A stretch of 63,315 nucleotides of DNA, counting the filler. It is 7 parts of 7 records of this genome, joined end to end, with 100 filler letters (N's around TTAATTAATTAA, not from the genome) between each part and the next. Parts side by side here need not be neighbours in the genome. Positions count along the whole stretch, not along the records: positions 1 to 10,882 come from SRR31156797_35271; 6 more parts are not named here. The stretch is one strand, 5' to 3'. The translations under genes were made by a program, and so were the position numbers. How positions within the stretch are numbered: position 1 is the first letter of the stretch; each line of letters starts with the position of its first letter. The notes beneath the pieces are model-generated. The model saw nothing but the letters and a program-made list of their open reading frames with translations. It searched no databases and was not told the origin of the DNA. Positions 1 to 10,982 of this stretch are shown here, in pieces.

Positions 1-65
1 TTTATATATTGAATATGCGACATTGGTGCATCGCAATATGTATATGTAAATAAACAAATTTACAT

Positions 66-109
66 GCTGAATTAAGGCTGAATTTAAACTAAATTCAAGC
101 TAAATTTCA
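66..109. repeat. Four imperfect 11-bp tandem repeats upstream of lsm
   Basis: gctgaattaag/gctgaatttaa/actaaattcaa/gctaaatttca read directly. Confidence 0.5.
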
Positions 110-148
110 AAAACAAATACTTGCGCATAACTATTTAAATTTATTTAA

Positions 149-382
<234 letters not shown>

Positions 383-507
383 AACAGACGTAACCTATAA
401 GAACTAATAGCCATATGAAGGGTAACCTCCAGGCTATTTACACTGGTTACAACTTATATATTAATCAATATTAACCAATTAATTTCAGATCAAAAGGTGA
501 TTTACAG

Positions 508-678
508 ATGTCAAAAGGTACTCCCTCAATGGGTAAGAGACAAAAGCGCACGCATGTGAAGTGCAGGCGCTGCGGTAGCGTTTCAGTTAACATTCATACA
601 AAAGAATGCACATCATGTGGCTTTGGAAAAAGCTCACGCATGAGAAGCTACAAGTGGCAGGCAAAGTGCAAATACTAA
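508..678 (+). CDS. rpl37e: 50S ribosomal protein L37e (missed by ORF track, 56 aa)
   Basis: Own translation [57 protein letters not shown]4 zinc finger; GGTGA RBS. Confidence 0.97.
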   Translation: MSKGTPSMGKRQKRTHVKCRRCGSVSVNIHTKECTSCGFGKSSRMRSYKWQAKCKY

Positions 679-703
679 GTCTTTTTTTAGACTAGGGATA
701 TAA

Positions 704-2119
704 ATGCGCGAAGAATGCGGTGTAGCAGGGGTCGTACAGTTCACAGAGGAAACTCATCCAGTCCCTTCTGCGCTTCGCATTTATTATGCACTATATGCCC
801 TACAGCATCGTGGCCAGGAATCCGCAGGGATAGCTGTTCACGATGGCAAACACCCCCAAACCATTAAAGGTATGGGGCTTGTGCCGGAAATTTTTGACAG
901 GGATGATCTGATATCCCTGAAAGGCGATGCAGGAATAGGCCATGTCCGCTATTCTACTTCGGGAGATTCCCGAATTGAAAACTGCCAGCCATTCATTGTA
1001 AAATATAAGAGTGGCAATATTGCACTGGCCCACAATGGCAACCTTGTAAACGGACTGGACCTTCGCAAGCAGCTTGAGGCTGAAGGTCACATATTCGTTG
1101 CTAACTCCGACACAGAGGTAATAGCTCACCTTCTGGTTAAAGAACTTCTCAAGCATGACGCCGTCGAAGCCATCCATAATGTGATGAAACAGCTCATTGG
1201 CTCCTATTCTCTTGTCATCATGATTGATGACCTGCTTATGGCTGTAAGGGACCCCTTCGGCTTTAAACCACTGTGTTTTGGAACAATTGACTCAGGATTT
1301 GTTGTAGCCTCTGAGAGCGTGGCAATCGACACACTTAATGGAAAACTTCTCAGGGACGTAAACCCAGGAGAACTTATAGTCTTTGAGGACGGTGAAGTGA
1401 AATCCCACCAGCTCTTTGATGAAAAATATTCAGCTCATTGCGTTTTTGAATATGTATATTTTGCACGTCCTGACTCCATAATAGACGGACAACTTGTCTA
1501 CAGAGTTCGTGAAAGAATTGGAGAGAGGCTTGCACATGAACACCCGGTTGACGCGGACATAGTATCCCCCGTGCCGGACTCAGGTATCACATCAGCCATC
1601 GGCTATTCCAAAGGCTCAAAGATAGATTACGAAGAAAGTCTTATGAAGAACCGCTACATTGGCCGTACTTTCATCCTTCCCGGACAGGCCATGCGCGAAA
1701 CTGCCGTGCGCCTGAAGATGAATACAATCAATGAAAATATTCAGGGAAAGAAAGTTGTCCTTATTGATGACAGTATTGTAAGGGGAACTACATCCCGCCG
1801 TATCATAGACATGGTCCGCAATGCAGGAGCAACTGAGGTTCACGCCTGCATAGGAAGCCCGCCAATAGTAGCGCCCTGTTACCTGGGTATTGACATGGCA
1901 TCCAGAGATGAGCTTATAGCAGCCCATAAAACAATTAAAGGCGTTGAAGCTGTGATCAATGCAGATTCATTAGGATACCTAAGTGTAGACGGACTTGTAG
2001 AAGCCATTGGTCTTGAAAGGGATGATCTCTGTGTAGGATGTCTTACTGGTGCTTATCCTGTGGAAATCCCAGGCGAAAAAATGTGCCAGCGAAGACAGCT
2101 TAAACTACACGAATTCTAG
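704..2119 (+). CDS. purF: Amidophosphoribosyltransferase
   Basis: N-terminal EECG, QHRGQES, GHVRYST, PRPP motif [12 protein letters not shown]. Confidence 0.97.
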   Translation: MREECGVAGVVQFTEETHPVPSALRIYYALYALQHRGQESAGIAVHDGKHPQTIKGMGLVPEIFDRDDLISLKGDAGIGHVRYSTSGDSRIENCQPFIVKYKSGNIALAHNGNLVNGLDLRKQLEAEGHIFVANSDTEVIAHLLVKELLKHDAVEAIHNVMKQLIGSYSLVIMIDDLLMAVRDPFGFKPLCFGTIDSGFVVASESVAIDTLNGKLLRDVNPGELIVFEDGEVKSHQLFDEKYSAHCVFEYVYFARPDSIIDGQLVYRVRERIGERLAHEHPVDADIVSPVPDSGITSAIGYSKGSKIDYEESLMKNRYIGRTFILPGQAMRETAVRLKMNTINENIQGKKVVLIDDSIVRGTTSRRIIDMVRNAGATEVHACIGSPPIVAPCYLGIDMASRDELIAAHKTIKGVEAVINADSLGYLSVDGLVEAIGLERDDLCVGCLTGAYPVEIPGEKMCQRRQLKLHEF

Positions 2120-2131
2120 TACACATATTTT

Positions 2132-2569
2132 GACTCTGTAGAAATCCTTCTTTTGACAACAAGTGCAACCTTGATATAGTTTTCAAGGTCATGCACTAAT
2201 AGTTTGAATTTAACTTCTTTTATTTGGTTCCAATACCTTTTTGTTTATCTCTTCACCATATTTCCTTTTTAGAACATAGAACATCGTTTGAACCAGATTT
2301 CTGTTATGATACAATTCTCTGTTAAAATTCCATTCCACTTTTGCACCATGAACAGGCTTGCCTGATACAGCTAGTGCTGTATTAACAAACTTGAAATACT
2401 TATTAGACAAGCCATTAAATTTGGGATTTATGGGAGTTCCAGACTTTTATTATGGAACAAACACAATCATCCCCTTTGTATTTTTGTTAACAGATAATGC
2501 TAAGAGGGGGTTTATCCATTTTAAATTCTTATGTCAAAATAAAATAGGAAGTAGGTATTCTACAGAGCC
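2132..2569 (-). mobile_element. Internally deleted IS5-family element (MITE-like, 438 bp)
   Basis: TIRs gactctgtagaaatcct / aggtattctacagagcc; flanking catattt(t)/catattt(c) direct repeat; transposase N-terminus fused to frameshifted C-terminus. Confidence 0.8.
2135..2410 (-). pseudogene. IS5-family transposase remnant
   Basis: MSNKYFKFVNTALAVSGK (N-term) joined to YHNRNLVQTMFYVLKRKYGEEI, then frameshifted [14 protein letters not shown]...RISTE (C-term). Confidence 0.75.
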
Positions 2570-2813
2570 CATATTTCTAATTTTTTTAGTCACCTTGAAC
2601 TCCTTAGCAGATAGGCTCCATGAATGGATTGAATAGTTTATATACTAGTAGTGAGTATTGAAAATTGATATTGCAAACCCGGCGATATTTATGCGAGGTT
2701 GTACCACCCCTTGCTAAAAGATAGTGGATAGGGTGTACCCAAAGCGGTTATTATTGTAGAAACAGGAAAATAAACTCTGTACTCTTGTTTGGTAAATAAT
2801 TCAGAATAAGAGA

Positions 2814-2888
2814 TGGGGCCGGGATCGAGAATCGAACTCGAATCGTAGCCTCCACAGGGCTACAGGATAACCGCTACCCTACCCCGGC
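2814..2888 (-). tRNA. tRNA-His (GUG)
   Basis: Acceptor GCCGGGG/TCCCGGC, C73, encoded CCA; anticodon arm TAGCC-CTGTGGA-GGCTA; T-loop GTTCGATT. Confidence 0.95.
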
Positions 2889-3012
2889 ACGAAGTAGGCG
2901 CTTTCGTTGAAAGCACCCTTAAGATGTCCGTTTCTTACATAAACCTTTCCTTTGAAAAGGCCTTAAGCAACAGCCTCCGGCCTGACAATTTACAAAAAAA
3001 TTTTAAAGAAAA

Positions 3013-3789
3013 TTATTTTTTAAGCTTTTCAATTGCAATTTCAGCAGCCTTTTTGCCGGACAACATCATCCCACCAAAGACAGGGCCCATTCTTGGTGCA
3101 CCTGCAACAGCATTTGCAGCCATCCCTGTTGCGATAAGACCAGGATATACTTCCTTTGTGGTATCCATGAGGATCTTTTCTCCAACTTCTGCCCACATAG
3201 GCTTTTCTCCTACAACGTCAAGCCCAATATCTGCATCCGGTATTTTGCGCTGGACGGTGCTGCACACACCTGCGTCATGACCAGTACCGTCGATAACAAT
3301 CTTTGCACGAACCGCCAGAGGATCTACATGAAGACGATTCATTGACACTGGTCCCCAGTTGATAACAAGCCCACAAACAGCATCATTTTCCCTGATCATA
3401 ACATCTTCAACATCAATGAGATTGAATATTTCAACTCCGGCCCCTGTTGCACCGCAGATGAGCTTTCCCACGGATTCCACAGAGTTTGCAACATAGTAGC
3501 CTTTTTCATATTCATGATAAGGGATATCAAAATCATCAAGAATATGCTTTGCCTCTTCCTGCACTACTATGCGAGGGAACATCATTCCGCCACCCCACAT
3601 ACCTCCACCAATGGAGAGTTTTTTCTCAAAGAGGACTGTTTTAAGCCCGGCCTCTCCAAGATATTTAGCAGCTACCAGGTTTGCAGGCCCTCCGCCTACA
3701 AGTGCTACATCCACATCAATATAGTCCAGAAATGTCTTTGAAAATTCATCTACTATAGCTCGTGTAATAATAGTCTCATCAAGTTCCAT
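3013..3789 (-). CDS. thi4: Sulfide-dependent thiazole synthase (Thi4 family)
   Basis: GGGPA, GGGMWGGG, LHVDP (His instead of Cys), DGTGH, PRMGPVFGGM. Confidence 0.95.
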   Translation of the reverse strand: MELDETIITRAIVDEFSKTFLDYIDVDVALVGGGPANLVAAKYLGEAGLKTVLFEKKLSIGGGMWGGGMMFPRIVVQEEAKHILDDFDIPYHEYEKGYYVANSVESVGKLICGATGAGVEIFNLIDVEDVMIRENDAVCGLVINWGPVSMNRLHVDPLAVRAKIVIDGTGHDAGVCSTVQRKIPDADIGLDVVGEKPMWAEVGEKILMDTTKEVYPGLIATGMAANAVAGAPRMGPVFGGMMLSGKKAAEIAIEKLKK

Positions 3790-3874
3790 TTGCTTTCCTC
3801 ATCAAAACTGATAATAGGGTCTGATAAGTACTATGTTTCTTAAACTTAGTGGAACAAATAGATACCTAACTAAT

Positions 3875-6190
3875 TTATAAGAGAGGGATTTCATTTTCAG
3901 ATGAAATGTCTGAATTATACTGATTACCAGACTTCACATCAGCTTCATGATCATGGGTTTGCGTATCTACTGCCTCCTTTTTTAATCTCACCCAGAACAT
4001 GCTGCCCTGTCCCTCCGGGTTATCTTCCACACCCACTGAGCCTCCATGAAGCTCAACTATCTTTTTAACGATGGCAAGACCAAGACCGGTTCCTTTTACT
4101 CCACCCTTATTTACCCTCTTAAAACGGTCAAAAACAAGAGGTTTGGACTTGTCAGGAATACCTTCTCCAGAATCAATAACATTCACCTGCCATTCATAAT
4201 TATGGTCGTCAACTTCTACAACTATCCTTGTACCCTCGGGACTGTACTTAATAGCATTTGACAGATAATTTGCGAAAACCTCTTCGATAATCGGATTAAC
4301 CATGGAAGGATAGCTACCATCGGCCCTCACTTCGAGATCCATATTCTTTTCACTTAGTTGCTGATAGAAATGTTCTGTTACATTGTTCAGAATAGACATG
4401 AGATCCATTCTTGAAATCTCAAGTTCTTCTTCGGATTCAAGTTTGGCAAACTTAGCAGCTGTTTCTATCATATCGATAAGTTTGTCAATACTCCTCTGCA
4501 TGGTACGGATAATCTTAATCTTGCTGTCCTTGTCTTCCATCTCCAGAAGTACGTCGGAAAAGCCTTTGGCATTTCCAGCAGGATTAATAAGGTCATGACG
4601 CATAATGTCTGTAAAGAGATCCTTAAGCTCATTGGAATGACGGAGTTCTTCCTCAACCCTTTTTCTCTCATCAAGGTCCATGGTAGTTCCTGTAAACCTG
4701 AATGGTTCACCCTTTTTGCCCCATTCGGTTAACTTACCCCTGGCAAGAATCCACTGCCATTTACCCCTTCTGTTCTTCATCCTGAATTCACATTCAAAAA
4801 ATGGACTTTGTCCTGAAATATGCTGATCTATGGTTTCTTCCATAGCATCGATATCTTCCGGCATTACCAGACTTTTCCAGGATTCAATGTTAGGTAGTAT
4901 AATCTTTGGATCATAGCCAAGCATTTTGGCCCAGCGATCATTGTACATAACCTCGTTGGTTTTGAGATTCCAGTCCCACATTCCAAGATTTGCACCTTCA
5001 AGCGCCAGTTGCATAACTTCTTTTGTCTTTGTAATGGTATTTTCCATCTCTTTGCGTATTGTAACATCACGTACAACCGCAAGTGCATAGTCATACTGGT
5101 CTACACTGGAGACAGTAACATTCATTTCAGCCGGGAAGACAGTACCATCTTTTCTTTTCAATGCTTTATCAGGTTCAAAATACCGTCCCCCGAAGACATC
5201 CTGGAAATCCTCTTCCCAGAAGTTGTCATCGAAAAGTGACTCAAGCTCTTCCTTACCCATACCAAGGAATTCATCCTTTGTATATTGAAGTTCCTGGCAA
5301 GCATTCTGGTTTACATCTATGATCCTGTCCTTTTCCATATCGATTACAAAAATGAAGTCATTTGACCTGTTTATAAGATCCTTGAAAAGACCAAGATCCT
5401 TAATGAAGGATTTATGGTTCAGCGCCATACTTGTGAATTCAGATATAACTTTGAGCGTCTGGATATTCTCCCTGCAACAATCCATGGCATCTGCGTAATT
5501 CTCGACACTAATAAAACCTGCAAGCTCCTCGTTTGCTTCCACAGGTATTACAAAGATTGATTCAACTCCGTTAGATCTTAATATGTTCCTTTCCCTGTCT
5601 GCATATGTCAGGAGTTTACTATCTTTGGATAAGAAGACCGTTTCCTTTTTGTCAAGTTGTTCCTTTATCCAGGAAAAATTTGAGAATGAAGTTTTTTCAA
5701 AAGCACTTATTTCGTTTTTGTAAGCCTCGCTTTTCCAGTTGAATGCCATATGGGCAGTATCATCATTTTTGAACAGGAAAAGATAACTGTTGCCTGCACT
5801 ACAAAGTGAACCGGTCCGCTCCAGTGTAGTCACCATTATTTTGTCAATATCTTTTGGAGTGATGAACATTGATACAAGGGAAGATATCATATCCTCAATC
5901 CTTGAGTTTCGCTGCACAAGGTTTTCGAGTCCTTCTCTTTTTAATTCGAGTTCATCTATCTGTGCTTCCAGCTCTTTGCTCTTCTTTTCTATGTGATTGC
6001 TGGCATAAATGATAACCATAAAAGTAAAACCTATCAATGCAGCACTTATCAGTACTGAATATGTGTCCTTTGCAATTATAAAAGGAGCAAGCAACACAAA
6101 CCCGAAAATGCATACTATTAAAAAGAAAACAGTATTAACAATTCCAGGTATTTTTGATTTCTTACGTGAGTCTTCATTATCCATAGTCAC
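3875..6190 (-). CDS. Membrane sensor histidine kinase (2 TM, GAF, PAS x2, HisKA, HATPase)
   Basis: H-box IMRHDLIN, N-box NYLSNAIKY, DSGEG, GTGLGL; PAS/PAC WDWN...WQWILARG. Confidence 0.93.
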   Translation of the reverse strand: MTMDNEDSRKKSKIPGIVNTVFFLIVCIFGFVLLAPFIIAKDTYSVLISAALIGFTFMVIIYASNHIEKKSKELEAQIDELELKREGLENLVQRNSRIEDMISSLVSMFITPKDIDKIMVTTLERTGSLCSAGNSYLFLFKNDDTAHMAFNWKSEAYKNEISAFEKTSFSNFSWIKEQLDKKETVFLSKDSKLLTYADRERNILRSNGVESIFVIPVEANEELAGFISVENYADAMDCCRENIQTLKVISEFTSMALNHKSFIKDLGLFKDLINRSNDFIFVIDMEKDRIIDVNQNACQELQYTKDEFLGMGKEELESLFDDNFWEEDFQDVFGGRYFEPDKALKRKDGTVFPAEMNVTVSSVDQYDYALAVVRDVTIRKEMENTITKTKEVMQLALEGANLGMWDWNLKTNEVMYNDRWAKMLGYDPKIILPNIESWKSLVMPEDIDAMEETIDQHISGQSPFFECEFRMKNRRGKWQWILARGKLTEWGKKGEPFRFTGTTMDLDERKRVEEELRHSNELKDLFTDIMRHDLINPAGNAKGFSDVLLEMEDKDSKIKIIRTMQRSIDKLIDMIETAAKFAKLESEEELEISRMDLMSILNNVTEHFYQQLSEKNMDLEVRADGSYPSMVNPIIEEVFANYLSNAIKYSPEGTRIVVEVDDHNYEWQVNVIDSGEGIPDKSKPLVFDRFKRVNKGGVKGTGLGLAIVKKIVELHGGSVGVEDNPEGQGSMFWVRLKKEAVDTQTHDHEADVKSGNQYNSDISSENEIPLL

Positions 6191-6295
6191 TAGTATTATA
6201 GTAATGCTAGTATATTTATTATTCGTTTAATATTTAAAAATCAAAATGATATTATATTGCGAAAAAACAATGCTTAAATAATTTATTAAAAACAT

Positions 6296-6700
6296 AACTC
6301 TGTAGAAATCCTCATTTGAATGGCTTTATGTGATCCTGACATACATACCATGATCGCAGACTAGCATTTTTATGAGAAGCAACGTGGCTTTTAATTACCG
6401 TCATTCAAAAAAAGAGTTTTGCGGAAATATACATTTTTATTCATCTTTTTGTATCGTGCCGGCTTCGCCGGACCCATCGGGATGGTTTAAGTTATTCATG
6501 ACTTAGAGTAGCAAAACTTGTCGTTCCCCCATCTTTGTGTTTCTGATAGTTCTGGAAAAGATCATTGACAAACAAAGAACAATGCAACAACCCGCGCAGG
6601 CAGCACGCTCTTTCACTACCTGCCCGGAGATTATTAAAATAAGGCAGTTGTACAAAATTACTGAGCTTAAAGCTGTAATTAGCAGGATTTCTACAGAGCC
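6296..6700. mobile_element. Composite relic bounded by two outward-facing IS5-family right ends
   Basis: aactctgtagaaatcct (6296) and aggatttctacagagcc (6684-6700); each preceded on its own strand by a degenerate transposase C-terminus ending RISTE. Confidence 0.65.
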
Positions 6701-6751
6701 GAATTTCGAAACTTTTATTGTGCATAATCCATATCATGCTTCTGTGATACA

Positions 6752-7507
6752 ATGGATGAAGCAGTTCAAGAACCAATAGAAGTTCCAATAGGTGAAATTC
6801 AAGCTAAGCATTTATCTAAATTAATTACTGTGAAAGGACAAATTGTAGAAGCAGGGAACATCCAGGCAAAAATTGAGAAAACTATTTTCAGATGTGAAGT
6901 ATGCGGAACAAATATTGAGGTGCTCCAATCCACAAGCAAAGAATTATTGATGCCTGAAATATGCCCAAATGAGGTATGTGCCCGGAACAATGGGTTTGAA
7001 CTTTTAATTGATGAGTCAGATATCATTGACCATCGATGGATACGTATTGGAAGTAAAGACAATTCACTACTTGTAGAGCTTGAAGGGGATTTGGTAACAA
7101 AACCTGTCAAAAATAGTATCGTTTCTATTACAGGAAAAGTCAGGATCTTACTACAGGACAAAGCAAACAGCATGACAAAGATAGGAGACTATGTCCTTTA
7201 TGCAACTACAATTGAGCAGGTTATTCAAACTGAGGATAAAGCAATTGAGTCAATTATTCAAAATGGGATTAAAGCTCAGCCAGAAAAGACAGAAGTTATA
7301 AAATATGTACCTGACAAGGTAAAATTGATCGAGATATTAAAAGAGATGAGAGATTCGGAAAACAGTCATCGACTTCTCATGGAAGACGTTTACAGGATGA
7401 CAGAAATGCATGATATCAGTAAAAGTGAAGTTGACAAACTTCTGGAAGAGCTGGGAAGTCAGGGAAATTTATGCGTAACAGGTAATGAGCTTGTTGTTTT
7501 TATATGA
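6752..7507 (+). CDS. MCM-like protein: N-terminal OB/Zn-finger domain plus C-terminal winged helix, no AAA+ domain
   Basis: KLITVKGQIV...FRCEVCG...PEICPNEVC...VELEGDLV MCM-N pattern; no Walker motifs. Confidence 0.7.
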   Translation: MDEAVQEPIEVPIGEIQAKHLSKLITVKGQIVEAGNIQAKIEKTIFRCEVCGTNIEVLQSTSKELLMPEICPNEVCARNNGFELLIDESDIIDHRWIRIGSKDNSLLVELEGDLVTKPVKNSIVSITGKVRILLQDKANSMTKIGDYVLYATTIEQVIQTEDKAIESIIQNGIKAQPEKTEVIKYVPDKVKLIEILKEMRDSENSHRLLMEDVYRMTEMHDISKSEVDKLLEELGSQGNLCVTGNELVVFI

Positions 7508-7661
7508 TAATCATTGGTGCGAATATACTATTCAATATACTGCTATCCACAGAACGTTTAATATGAAGGATTTATGATTGACAGCTTTTTAAGGGTTAGA
7601 TTTAATAATTCCCGTAATTCATTTACAATTGTAGAAGAAAAAGAGATGCAAATAACAAGAG

Positions 7662-8789
7662 ATGATATTTATAGTAAAAACTGCCCAGAAAACCAATCTG
7701 AAATCAAGCAGGAAGACATATCCTGAACCCTCTGAGAGTACTGCGGAATTCCTTGTGCTTGAACCAGCAGGATATCCCCTTGCCAGCATGCTTGATGAAT
7801 ACCCGGAGATTGAAGATCCCGGTGTCTTTGAACATTATGCCAGAGAACAATGGAAGGGATACACGACCCACAAAGGTGACTACCTTTTTGACCGCCGCAT
7901 GTATCCTGACTTTGCATACAAGGTTTTAGATGTTGAACCTCCTGCCTCTGTAATCGGACAGAAAACAAATATTATTGTTAAAGACCCGGTAATAAGCAGT
8001 GTCCCCACTGTAGAGTTTCGAAGTGACGTAACATTTGATGATGTTATCGGGCAGCAGAATGCACGCAAAAAGTGCAGGCTTATCGAACGTTTTCTGGAAG
8101 CACCGGAAAAGTTTGGCAAATGGGCACCAAGGAATGTGCTCTTTTTCGGGCCATCGGGAACCGGTAAGACAATGCTTGCAAAAGCACTGGCCAACAAAGC
8201 CCACGTACCCATACTCCCTGTGAAAGCCACCGAACTGATAGGAGAGTTTGTGGGAGAGGGAGCAAGACAAATACACCAGCTCTATGAACGCGCACTGGAG
8301 ATGGCACCATGTATAATATTTATTGATGAACTGGATGCTATTGCCCTTGACAGAAGACACCAGGAACTGCGTGGAGACGTTGCGGAAATAGTAAATGCAC
8401 TTCTTACTGAAATGGATGGTATTGTTGAGCGTCCGGGAATATGTACCATTGGCGCAACCAACAGGACAGATACCATCGATCCGGCTGTGAGAAGCAGGTT
8501 TGAGGAAGAGATCGAGTTTACGCTGCCGAATGAAAAAGAACGTCTTGAAATCCTTGAGTCCAACATAAAGACTTTCCCGCTACCAGCAGAGAATGTAGAC
8601 CTTAATGCAATTGCAAAGATAACAAATGGACTTTCAGGACGAGACCTGGTTGTCAAGGTTCTCAAAACAGCATTGCACAACGTGATAATTGAGGATAGGG
8701 AAAGTGTTGTCCAGGAAGATCTGCTTGCTTCGGTAAAGAAACTTAAGAACATTCCCACAACCTCACATAGTGACAGGATGTACATCTAA
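7662..8789 (+). CDS. AAA+ ATPase (COG1223-like archaeal family)
   Basis: Walker A GPSGTGKT, Walker B IIFIDELD, ATNR, DPAVRSRF. Confidence 0.9.
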   Translation: MIFIVKTAQKTNLKSSRKTYPEPSESTAEFLVLEPAGYPLASMLDEYPEIEDPGVFEHYAREQWKGYTTHKGDYLFDRRMYPDFAYKVLDVEPPASVIGQKTNIIVKDPVISSVPTVEFRSDVTFDDVIGQQNARKKCRLIERFLEAPEKFGKWAPRNVLFFGPSGTGKTMLAKALANKAHVPILPVKATELIGEFVGEGARQIHQLYERALEMAPCIIFIDELDAIALDRRHQELRGDVAEIVNALLTEMDGIVERPGICTIGATNRTDTIDPAVRSRFEEEIEFTLPNEKERLEILESNIKTFPLPAENVDLNAIAKITNGLSGRDLVVKVLKTALHNVIIEDRESVVQEDLLASVKKLKNIPTTSHSDRMYI

Positions 8790-8828
8790 GGATTATCTTT
8801 TTAAACCTGACAATTATATCGGTGGACT

Positions 8829-9101
8829 ATGTCTGAGGTAAATGAAGCTGATCGTTTTGAATGTGTTATCGTTAATATAATCGATAGCCTCATGTGGAAA
8901 GGCGTCGTTGTGGAAGAAGTTGAATCCGGTGGACGTGTCTATTTTGGAAAAGTAAAACCAGAAGGATTTGAGTATGTTCCGGGTGACACCCTGTACATAG
9001 GTATGAAACGTCTTCCATTCGAACTTGAGGAAATGGAGATAAAAATGGAAGTCTCACTCTATGATGCTGGTGACAAGCGACTAGACTGGACTTTCCTTTG
9101 A
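8829..9101 (+). CDS. Small hypothetical protein
   Basis: Clean 90-aa ORF with GGTGGA RBS following the ATPase. Confidence 0.75.
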   Translation: MSEVNEADRFECVIVNIIDSLMWKGVVVEEVESGGRVYFGKVKPEGFEYVPGDTLYIGMKRLPFELEEMEIKMEVSLYDAGDKRLDWTFL

Positions 9102-9103
9102 TT

Positions 9104-10024
9104 TTATTTTTTGTCCCTGTAAGGTACATCAAGTTCCATAAAGTCCTCAGCAACAACTACGTTTTCAAAAACTTCTTTTGCTTCTTTTAATAGCTGTGAG
9201 GGATCATCCGAATATCTGGAACTTATATGTGTGAGGACAAGTTTCTGTACATTTGCTTCCTTTGCAAGAACTGAGGCTTCCTGTGCGGTGGAGTGCATTG
9301 ATTCAATTGCCCAGTCCTGCTGGTCATTTGTAAGGGTTGAATCATGTATCAGAAGATCGGCATCCCTGCTTGCTTCAAGTACGTCTTTGCAGGGACGTGT
9401 GTCCCCGGTATAGATGATTTTCCTGCCGGGCCTGCCATCACCTACCACATCACTTGAGTGTATTATTTTGCCATCAACTTCAACAGACTCTCCACGATGG
9501 AGTTTTGAGAAGAGTGGACCTGGCGGAACTCCCATTTCTATGGCTTTCTGGCGGTTAAACCTGCCACTTCTCTGGTTTTCAATAAGAGCGTACCCAAGGC
9601 TTGGAATACTGTGTTCTGTTTTTAATGCCACAATGGAATAATCATCCCTTTTGATAACATCCCCGGGTTTTAAGTCAATGGCATCTATCTCAAAACGCAG
9701 TTTGTAGTAACCAAGGGCACTGAGTATCCTGGCAAACTCATGTACCCAGTGAGGGCCATATATTTTCAGTGGTTCGGTACGACCGTGGAAAGACATGGTC
9801 TGTATTAGCCCAGGAATGCCGAGCATATGATCTGCATGAAAATGACTTATAAATATAGATGACAGGGCCTTCATTCCTGTCTTTGCCCGCATCATCTGCT
9901 GTTGTGTACCCTCCCCGCAATCAAAGAGCATAAGCTCGCCCTCACGGTTCACCATTACGGCTGAGGGGTTACGGTCAGGGGTCGGAAGGGACCCTCCTGT
10001 TCCAAGGAATGTTACGCGAAGCAT
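9104..10024 (-). CDS. rnz: Ribonuclease Z
   Basis: FLGTGG, DCGEGTQ, SHFHADH, GVPPGP exosite, TGDT, THISSRY. Confidence 0.97.
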   Translation of the reverse strand: MLRVTFLGTGGSLPTPDRNPSAVMVNREGELMLFDCGEGTQQQMMRAKTGMKALSSIFISHFHADHMLGIPGLIQTMSFHGRTEPLKIYGPHWVHEFARILSALGYYKLRFEIDAIDLKPGDVIKRDDYSIVALKTEHSIPSLGYALIENQRSGRFNRQKAIEMGVPPGPLFSKLHRGESVEVDGKIIHSSDVVGDGRPGRKIIYTGDTRPCKDVLEASRDADLLIHDSTLTNDQQDWAIESMHSTAQEASVLAKEANVQKLVLTHISSRYSDDPSQLLKEAKEVFENVVVAEDFMELDVPYRDKK

Positions 10025-10258
10025 ATGTTCATATAAGTGTTAGAATTATTTATGAATTGTCTATGATAATGCGGAGGCAAAATGGTCGGTCTTTGCTTTT
10101 GTGCCTGATTTGTGACCTGGATGACCTTATGGCGTCACTCGAAAAGTTCATATAGCATCTTATTATTAAAGGAACGTCCATAAATCATACCAGATTTAAT
10201 CCGAATTACAAAAAGTAATTCATTCATACTTATAATAACAATCATAAGAGGATATATC

Positions 10259-10633
10259 ATGAAATGGCAAGGTAGATCTAGAAGAACATACACTGGTGCT
10301 AAGATCAAGTCAGCTCGCGGAAAGAGGAAATACGAGCTTGGTCGCGAATCAGCTGATACTCACATTCACGAGACAAAGAGGAAGAACGTTCCAACAAGAG
10401 GCGGAAACAGGAAAGTAAGGCTTCTGCAGTGTAATGTTGTAAACGTTACCGATGCACAGGGCAAGACCCAGACAACCAGCATCGAGACAGTAGTTGAAAG
10501 CACTGCAAACGAGCACCACGTCAGGCGTAACATCCTTACAAAGGGCTCCGTTATCAAGACTCCTCTTGGTAATGCAAAAATCACAAGCCGCCCTGGCCAG
10601 GATGGCGTTGTGAACGCGGTAATGCTCGAATAA
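10259..10633 (+). CDS. rps8e: 30S ribosomal protein S8e
   Basis: [27 protein letters not shown]. Confidence 0.97.
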   Translation: MKWQGRSRRTYTGAKIKSARGKRKYELGRESADTHIHETKRKNVPTRGGNRKVRLLQCNVVNVTDAQGKTQTTSIETVVESTANEHHVRRNILTKGSVIKTPLGNAKITSRPGQDGVVNAVMLE

Positions 10634-10688
10634 CCGAGCATCCTTTTTTCTTTTTACATTTGATGTCTGGTTTATGGGGTTGCTATAT

Positions 10689-10882
10689 ATGGATGATAAA
10701 ACACGCCACATACTGGAATGTCTTGAAGAGGATGCAAGAATAGGTTTTGAAGAGATTGCAAACCTCACAGGAATTAGTGTTGAGCAGGTCAGCGAAAAGG
10801 TAAAGGAACTTGAGGGCAGCGGTGTTATCCGCAAGTACAAGACTGTTATAGACTGGGACCTTGCAGGTGATGAAAACGTCTA
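10689..10882 (+). CDS. Lrp/AsnC family regulator, 3' truncated by contig end
   Basis: ILECLEEDARI...LEGSGVIRKYKTVID HTH. Confidence 0.88.
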
Positions 10883-10982
10883 NNNNNNNNNNNNNNNNNN
10901 NNNNNNNNNNNNNNNNNNNNNNNNNNTTAATTAATTAANNNNNNNNNNNNNNNNNNNNNNNNNNNNNNNNNNNNNNNNNNNN
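10883..10982. other. Artificial contig linker
   Basis: N-run with TTAATTAATTAA (stops in all six frames). Confidence 0.99.

Noticed and set aside
3013-3789. His instead of Cys in Thi4 active site
   Set aside because: Established feature of sulfide-using Thi4 in methanogens; not novel
6492-6788. ORFs of 80 and 98 aa over the IS relic
   Set aside because: Composite of transposase end and intergenic DNA; no coherent protein
10025-10258. Possible archaeal sRNA between rnz and rps8e
   Set aside because: No convincing C/D boxes or fold; explained as divergent promoter region
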